Source: Alphaproteobacteria bacterium (lineage in GTDB: Bacteria; Pseudomonadota; Alphaproteobacteria; Bin95). Taken from it: DNA of 64,000 nucleotides. The notes beneath the pieces were generated by a model that did no database searches, was not told the origin of the DNA, and saw only the letters and a program-made list of their open reading frames with translations. A program made the translations under genes and the position numbers. Below, piece by piece: positions 60,701 to 64,000 of this stretch (position 1 is the first letter of the stretch; the number at the start of each line of letters is the position of its first letter). The stretch lies in NCBI GenBank assembly GCA_965205265.1, contig CBDBGH010000003.1, positions 256,001-320,000 on the forward strand, in the 5' to 3' direction.

Positions 60701-60932
60701 CCGCCTTCACGCGGTCGAGGAAGCGGACTTCCGGCTCGATCGCCTGGACGATGGCGTTGTCCACATCCTCCGCGCCGGCTCCCGGCCATGTCACGGTGAC
60801 GAGGACCGTGTCGATGCCGAAATCGGGGAAGAACTGCTTGTTCATCCGTCCGAGCGCCAGCAGCCCGACCACCAGCATCGCCGCCATCACCAGGTTCGCC
60901 GCCGTCGGGTGGCGCGCGAAAAGCGCGATCAT
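57789..60932 (-). CDS. RND efflux permease (AcrB/AcrD/AcrF family)
   Basis: 1047 aa; AANL.M, GLVVDDAIVV.E, GIVINDSIVL, RLRAVILTSLTT..GL.PL. Confidence 0.93.
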   Translation of the reverse strand: MIALFARHPTAANLVMAAMLVVGLLALGRMNKQFFPDFGIDTVLVTVTWPGAGAEDVDNAIVQAIEPEVRFLDRVKAVISNSQEGHATVRVDFEAGTDMQAALADVEAAVSRVATLPEDSEAPWIRRVVRYENLLRIVLAGDLPERTLKAWATQIRDGLIRAGVDEVEMVGARDEWILVEADQQDLLALDLPISEISSRIAGASRDIPGGDTGGRSVSRVRSLGLARTAEEVAAVEVRAFPDGRRLTVGEIAEVSEAWNEDQPRVWFDGRPAVELIVKRATTADALETAEAADRFLDGFVPTLPPGVAVHRYDAAAELIDQRIDLLVRNGIGGLVIVLVVLFVFLNARTAMWVAAGIPAALLAAMALAWALGHAINMVILFGTILAIGLVVDDAIVVAEHAETRARRGDGPLEAAVKGARRMAGPVFSSSLTTIAAFLPLILIGGVIGQIIREIPIIVVLALVASLVECFLVLPGHLRHSLAATAAAAEGRASRFRRGFDEGFRRFREGPFRRTVARALVHRYLVLALAVGFFLVSLGIAASGRIGFTFFPSVEPNNIFANLRMVPGTTAEETLERLLRIERSARATAEDFGDPGLVHTSLVVQGIERSQGNFGPRQRDDTVGAVVVQLVDSDKRDVRTEAFVQAWRERNGPIVGADALTIRAATGGPPGREIDVRLSGDNLDDLKAAAGRVKALLASYPGVSAIGDNLAYGNREMQLRVTPAGRAMGFDIARAGSQLRSALEGDTALRFARGDEEVEVRVRQKDNPGGLGALYLFGPNGTEVPLSAVVTVTPSSGYDVIRRERGRREVSVTAEVDETVTTNNVVLSALRRDGIAEIAGDAGLEWRFAGKAEEQAETFADMGVGAAIGLAGMFLVLAWIFGSYSRPLAVLAVVPLGFIGVSLGHFFTGFDLTILSMIGMIGLSGIVINDSIVLIVAIADHEQEGKPPLQAIEDGACDRLRAVILTSLTTISGLLPLCFETSLQAQFLIPVALTIVAGLATATLLILFVVPAMLAVGQDLRRLAGTGRADERQVVLTGRDPGPEAITR

Positions 60933-60954
60933 GGCCGGGGGCCCGCCAATGCTG

Positions 60955-61165
60955 CTGTCATCCCGGCCACTCTATCTGTCACCCCGGCCCCCGAGCCGGA
61001 GTCCAGCACCGCCTCCGGAGCCTGGCAACGCGCTGTTAGTCTGGACCCCGGATCGTCGCTGACGCGCCGTCCGGGGTGACAAGTGGGGGCTGTGCGCCGT
61101 CCGGGGCGACAAGGGCGGGCACGCTCCGTCCGGGGTGGCAAATGAGACACTGTGTCGGGTGACAA
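60955..61165. repeat. Cluster of TGTCA(T/C)CCCGG / CCGGGGTGACA REP-like half-sites between the RND genes
   Basis: Left arms at 60955 and 60976; right arms CCGGGGTGACAA 61071, CCGGGGCGACAA 61101, CCGGGGTGGCAA 61130, TCGGGTGACAA 61155. Confidence 0.75.
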
Positions 61166-61212
61166 ATAGGAGCGGCGGCCCGACAAGGCCCCGGCATGCG
61201 CCTGTCCCGCGG

Positions 61213-62535
61213 TCAAGGGACGGTGACCTTGACGCCGGGGGCGATTTCGGGGAAGCGCGTCAGCACGATGCGTTGGCCGTCCTCGAGCGGTCCCTGCACC
61301 AGCAGGCTTTCGCCCTCGCGCGCGCGGACGCTCACGCGCACGGCCTCCAGCCGGTCGTCCGCGCCGATGCGATAGACCCGCTCGCCGTCGAACACCGCGG
61401 CGGCGGGCAGGCGCACCGCGTCCTGCATTTCCGGTCCTTCCAGAAACACCTCGACGAAGGCGCCGGCGCGCAGCCGCGTGCTCTCCGGCAGGGCGTCGAG
61501 GCTGGCGAAGGCGGCGATGCCGCCGCTGGCGGCGTCGATCTCGCCTTCCAGCCGCGCGATCCGGGCGGGGAAGCGGCGGACGGCGGCGCCGGTGCGCCAG
61601 ACCGCCTCCAGCCGGCGGCCGACCGCGCCGTCCCCGCCATCCAGCTCGCCGAAGACGTCGTTCGGGATCGTCACGCCGATTTCGAGCCGCGAGGCATCGA
61701 CGAGGCGGGCCACGCGCTCGGCCGTGCCCACCTGCTTGCCGACCTCGACGCCGAGATCGACCAGCCAGCCGGCAAAGGGCGCCGTCAGCCGCGTTTCGGC
61801 CAGGTCGCGCTCCGCGCGGCCGAGCGCCGCCTCGGCGCGCCGGATCGCCGCCTGCTGGCGCTCGACGCGGGCCGTGAAGCGCGCGACGGCGTTCTGCCTC
61901 TGGCTGGAGGTCTGCTGCTGGCGGCTGAGCGCGAGCTCCCCGTCATCGAGGGCCTTCTGGGAAATGGCGCCGCGCCGGCGGAGCTGGCGCCTGCGGTCGG
62001 TTTCGCGCCGCAGCAGGTCGAGCTGGCGGCGGTCTTCGCCCAGCTGGTCGCGCGCGCCGGCGAGGTCGGCCTCGATCTCCCGCAGGGTTGCGCGGGCTTC
62101 AGCGAGCTCGGCGGTCCGGAGCGCGAGCGCCGTTTCGAAGTTGAACGGGTCGATGGCGACCAGCAGATCGCCCTCGGCGACATAGCCGCCCTCGCGGAAG
62201 TCCCGACCGACGGCCGCGACGCGACCGGCGACGAGCGGGCGGAGGTCCACCGACCGCCCGGCGACGGCCTGGCCGAACAGGGGAATGCGCGGCCGGGTCG
62301 TCTCCAGCATGACGGTCGCGGCCTCGACCGCCCAGACGCGCTCGCCCGGCGCTTCGGGCAGGATGGCCGTGCGCGTCGCCATCATCGCCAGGAACGCCGC
62401 GATCCCCGCCCCCAGCACCAGCAGGGGCAGGATCGCGCGGCGCAAACGCCGGAGCCTCCGGCGCGGCTGACGGCCGGTCCCTTCGGTCAGCGCCCCGGAC
62501 TCGGCGGGGACGATCTCTGCATCGCGCGGATTCAC
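61213..62535 (-). CDS. RND membrane fusion (periplasmic adaptor) protein
   Basis: N-terminal TM; V.GRV..V...F.EGG.V..GDLL..ID, long coiled coil, LTAPFAG, LPAAAV. Confidence 0.9.
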   Translation of the reverse strand: MNPRDAEIVPAESGALTEGTGRQPRRRLRRLRRAILPLLVLGAGIAAFLAMMATRTAILPEAPGERVWAVEAATVMLETTRPRIPLFGQAVAGRSVDLRPLVAGRVAAVGRDFREGGYVAEGDLLVAIDPFNFETALALRTAELAEARATLREIEADLAGARDQLGEDRRQLDLLRRETDRRRQLRRRGAISQKALDDGELALSRQQQTSSQRQNAVARFTARVERQQAAIRRAEAALGRAERDLAETRLTAPFAGWLVDLGVEVGKQVGTAERVARLVDASRLEIGVTIPNDVFGELDGGDGAVGRRLEAVWRTGAAVRRFPARIARLEGEIDAASGGIAAFASLDALPESTRLRAGAFVEVFLEGPEMQDAVRLPAAAVFDGERVYRIGADDRLEAVRVSVRAREGESLLVQGPLEDGQRIVLTRFPEIAPGVKVTVP

Positions 62536-62785
62536 GGCGCGCCCAGAATACTCCGCCCGCCCCCACCCGTTCCACTTCTATTTCCCGTTCCTGTCCCGCC
62601 GGGCACGGCGTGCGGGGCGATACGGCCCGTTTCGGCGGATGCGGCGACAGTGCCCATGAGGAAGCCGGTCCTGCTTGCAGACGGCGCAAGCCTGCCGCCC
62701 GAGGGTAACGGACGTTTTTCAGCCGAAGGCGATTTTGTGACGAAAGGTAACGCCCGCCCGCGCCGGGCGCCGGCCCGCGCGCGGC

Positions 62786-63271
62786 TCAGTTCAGGTGGCG
62801 GGGCAGGCTTTCGACCGATTCGGCGACCAATGCGTCGGCGCGGGGCTTGTCCAGATGGCGTTCGATCAGGGTGCGGGCCGCCGCGGCCGACAACCGGACG
62901 GCATGGGCGCGCACATCTGCAAGCGCTTCCTGCTCGGCCTGGGCGATCTTGGCGAGCGCCTGCTGCTCGCGGCGCCTCAGCGCCTCTTCGAGCGCGCCTG
63001 CCGCTTCTTCCGCCATGCGCGCCGCCTCCTCGCGCGCATGGGCGAGCACGGCTTGCGCTTCCTCTTCCGCGCCCTGCTGCTTCCGCCTGTAGTCGGCGAG
63101 CATGGCCTGAGCCTCCTCGCGAAGCGCCGCCGCATCGTCGAGGGACGCCTTGATCCCGGCCGCCCGGTCGTCGAGCGCCTTGGTCGCCATACGCCAGACG
63201 ACGCGTGCGATGGCCGCGACAAAGATGACGAAGCCGACCGCAGTCCAGAATGTCGGATCGGAGAACATCAC
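62786..63271 (-). CDS. atpF: ATP synthase F0 subunit b
   Basis: FW.AVGFVIF, ALDDRAAGI...LDDAAALREEAQ, A.AKIAQAEQEAL. Confidence 0.92.
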   Translation of the reverse strand: MMFSDPTFWTAVGFVIFVAAIARVVWRMATKALDDRAAGIKASLDDAAALREEAQAMLADYRRKQQGAEEEAQAVLAHAREEAARMAEEAAGALEEALRRREQQALAKIAQAEQEALADVRAHAVRLSAAAARTLIERHLDKPRADALVAESVESLPRHLN

Positions 63272-63753
63272 CCGCCTGCCTGCCGGGCGGCACTGGCGGC
63301 TTCGTCCGCATCGACATCGACGCCGATCAGCCGGGCCGTCATCGCCTGGGCCACCTCGCCCGCCGCCGCCTCGATGCCGGCAAGGGCCTCGCGGCGCGCT
63401 TCGGCGATCCGGGCCTCGGCCGCGGCGGCGTCGGCGGCAAGGCGCTCGCCCAATGCCGCATTGCGGGCCGCCGCCTCTGCGGCCGCCGCCTCCTGCTGCT
63501 CGCGGATGAGCTGCCGCGCCTCGGCCCGCGCATCCGCCTGCGCCTGCTCATAGGCGCGCAGCACGCCCTCGGCCTCGTCGCGCAGCGCCGCAGCCCGGGC
63601 GAGATCGTCGTCGATCCGCTCCCGGCGCTCCTGCAGGATGTCCTGCACGCGCGGCAGGGCGACCCGGAGCATCGTGACGAGCAGGACGGCGAAGATGACC
63701 GCGAGCCAGAAAATCTGGCTCGGGAAGGTGGAGATCTGCTCCAGTTGCGGCAT
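63268..63753 (-). CDS. ATP synthase F0 subunit b'
   Basis: MPQL...TFPSQIFWLAV.F, LPRV..IL.ER..RI.DDL. Confidence 0.92.
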   Translation of the reverse strand: MPQLEQISTFPSQIFWLAVIFAVLLVTMLRVALPRVQDILQERRERIDDDLARAAALRDEAEGVLRAYEQAQADARAEARQLIREQQEAAAAEAAARNAALGERLAADAAAAEARIAEARREALAGIEAAAGEVAQAMTARLIGVDVDADEAASAARQAGG

Positions 63754-63776
63754 GGGCGGGCGCGGGGTGCGCGGCC

Positions 63777-64000
63777 TTAGCCGAACAGGATGACGAGCGC
63801 CACGACGAGCGCGAACAGCGCGATGGCCTCGACGAGCGCGAAGCCCAGCATGGTCATCGGAAAGACTTCGCCCCGCGCCGACGGGTTACGCCCGACGGCC
63901 TGGATGAAGGAAGCGAAAATATTGCCGATGCCGATACCGGCGCCGATGACGCCGATGACGGCAAGACCTGCGCCGATGACTTTGGCGGCCTCAAGTTCCA
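63777..64000 (-). CDS. atpE: ATP synthase F0 subunit c (start codon cut by the window edge)
   Basis: Manual translation: ELEAAKVIGAGLAVIGVIGAGIGIGNIF...RNPSA...LGFALVEAIALFALVVALVILFG, TAA at 63777-63779; proton-binding Glu present. Confidence 0.95.
   Translation of the reverse strand, partial: ELEAAKVIGAGLAVIGVIGAGIGIGNIFASFIQAVGRNPSARGEVFPMTMLGFALVEAIALFALVVALVILFG

Noticed and set aside
61064-61165. Roughly 30-bp-period repeats as a possible CRISPR array
   Set aside because: Units are degenerate, spacers are only about 10 nt, the repeats pair with upstream inverted arms like REPs, and no cas genes are present.
62536-62785. Possible riboswitch or ncRNA in the atpF-MFP gap (also 21883-22118 and 45381-45611)
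   Set aside because: No recognisable conserved RNA motif or clear terminator by eye; an Rfam search would be needed.

Overview
High-GC, gene-dense chromosomal window from an alphaproteobacterium (Rhodospirillales-like). The assignment rests on the zapE-mdh-sucCDAB-lpdA block, the split F0 operon atpE-atpF'-atpF, and GTCA..TGAC palindromic repeats. Two housekeeping blocks (TCA/2-oxoglutarate dehydrogenase at 9.8-21 kb; ATP synthase F0 at the right edge) sit among many catabolic and accessory genes. These include a three-gene nitrile hydratase/thiocyanate hydrolase-like module with a split beta subunit, an ICL/PEPM lyase plus non-canonical LeuCD pair, an orphan CoxL-like molybdoenzyme, acyl-CoA dehydrogenases, an LLM monooxygenase, TauD-SoxYZ-YeeE without other sox genes, a Mrp/ligase-like accessory operon with a divergent CxxCH protein, and an RND-MlrC-peptide ABC-nucleoside deoxyribosyltransferase run. 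Singleton defence- or mobilome-type genes are also present (DNA methyltransferase, HTH-Fic, thermonuclease, AAA_14/DUF4143 ATPase); the Fic and AAA genes carry conspicuous repeat arrays at their 5' ends. The best novelty candidates are an alanine-racemase-fold PLP enzyme that has lost the second catalytic Tyr and the PLP-contacting Arg, the SCNase-like three-subunit cobalt enzyme, the orphan SoxYZ module, and a 142-bp hairpin element that appears to supply the start codon of a methyltransferase. No rRNA, tRNA, CRISPR array or intact transposase was seen. All calls come from reading motifs by eye; no database searches were run.
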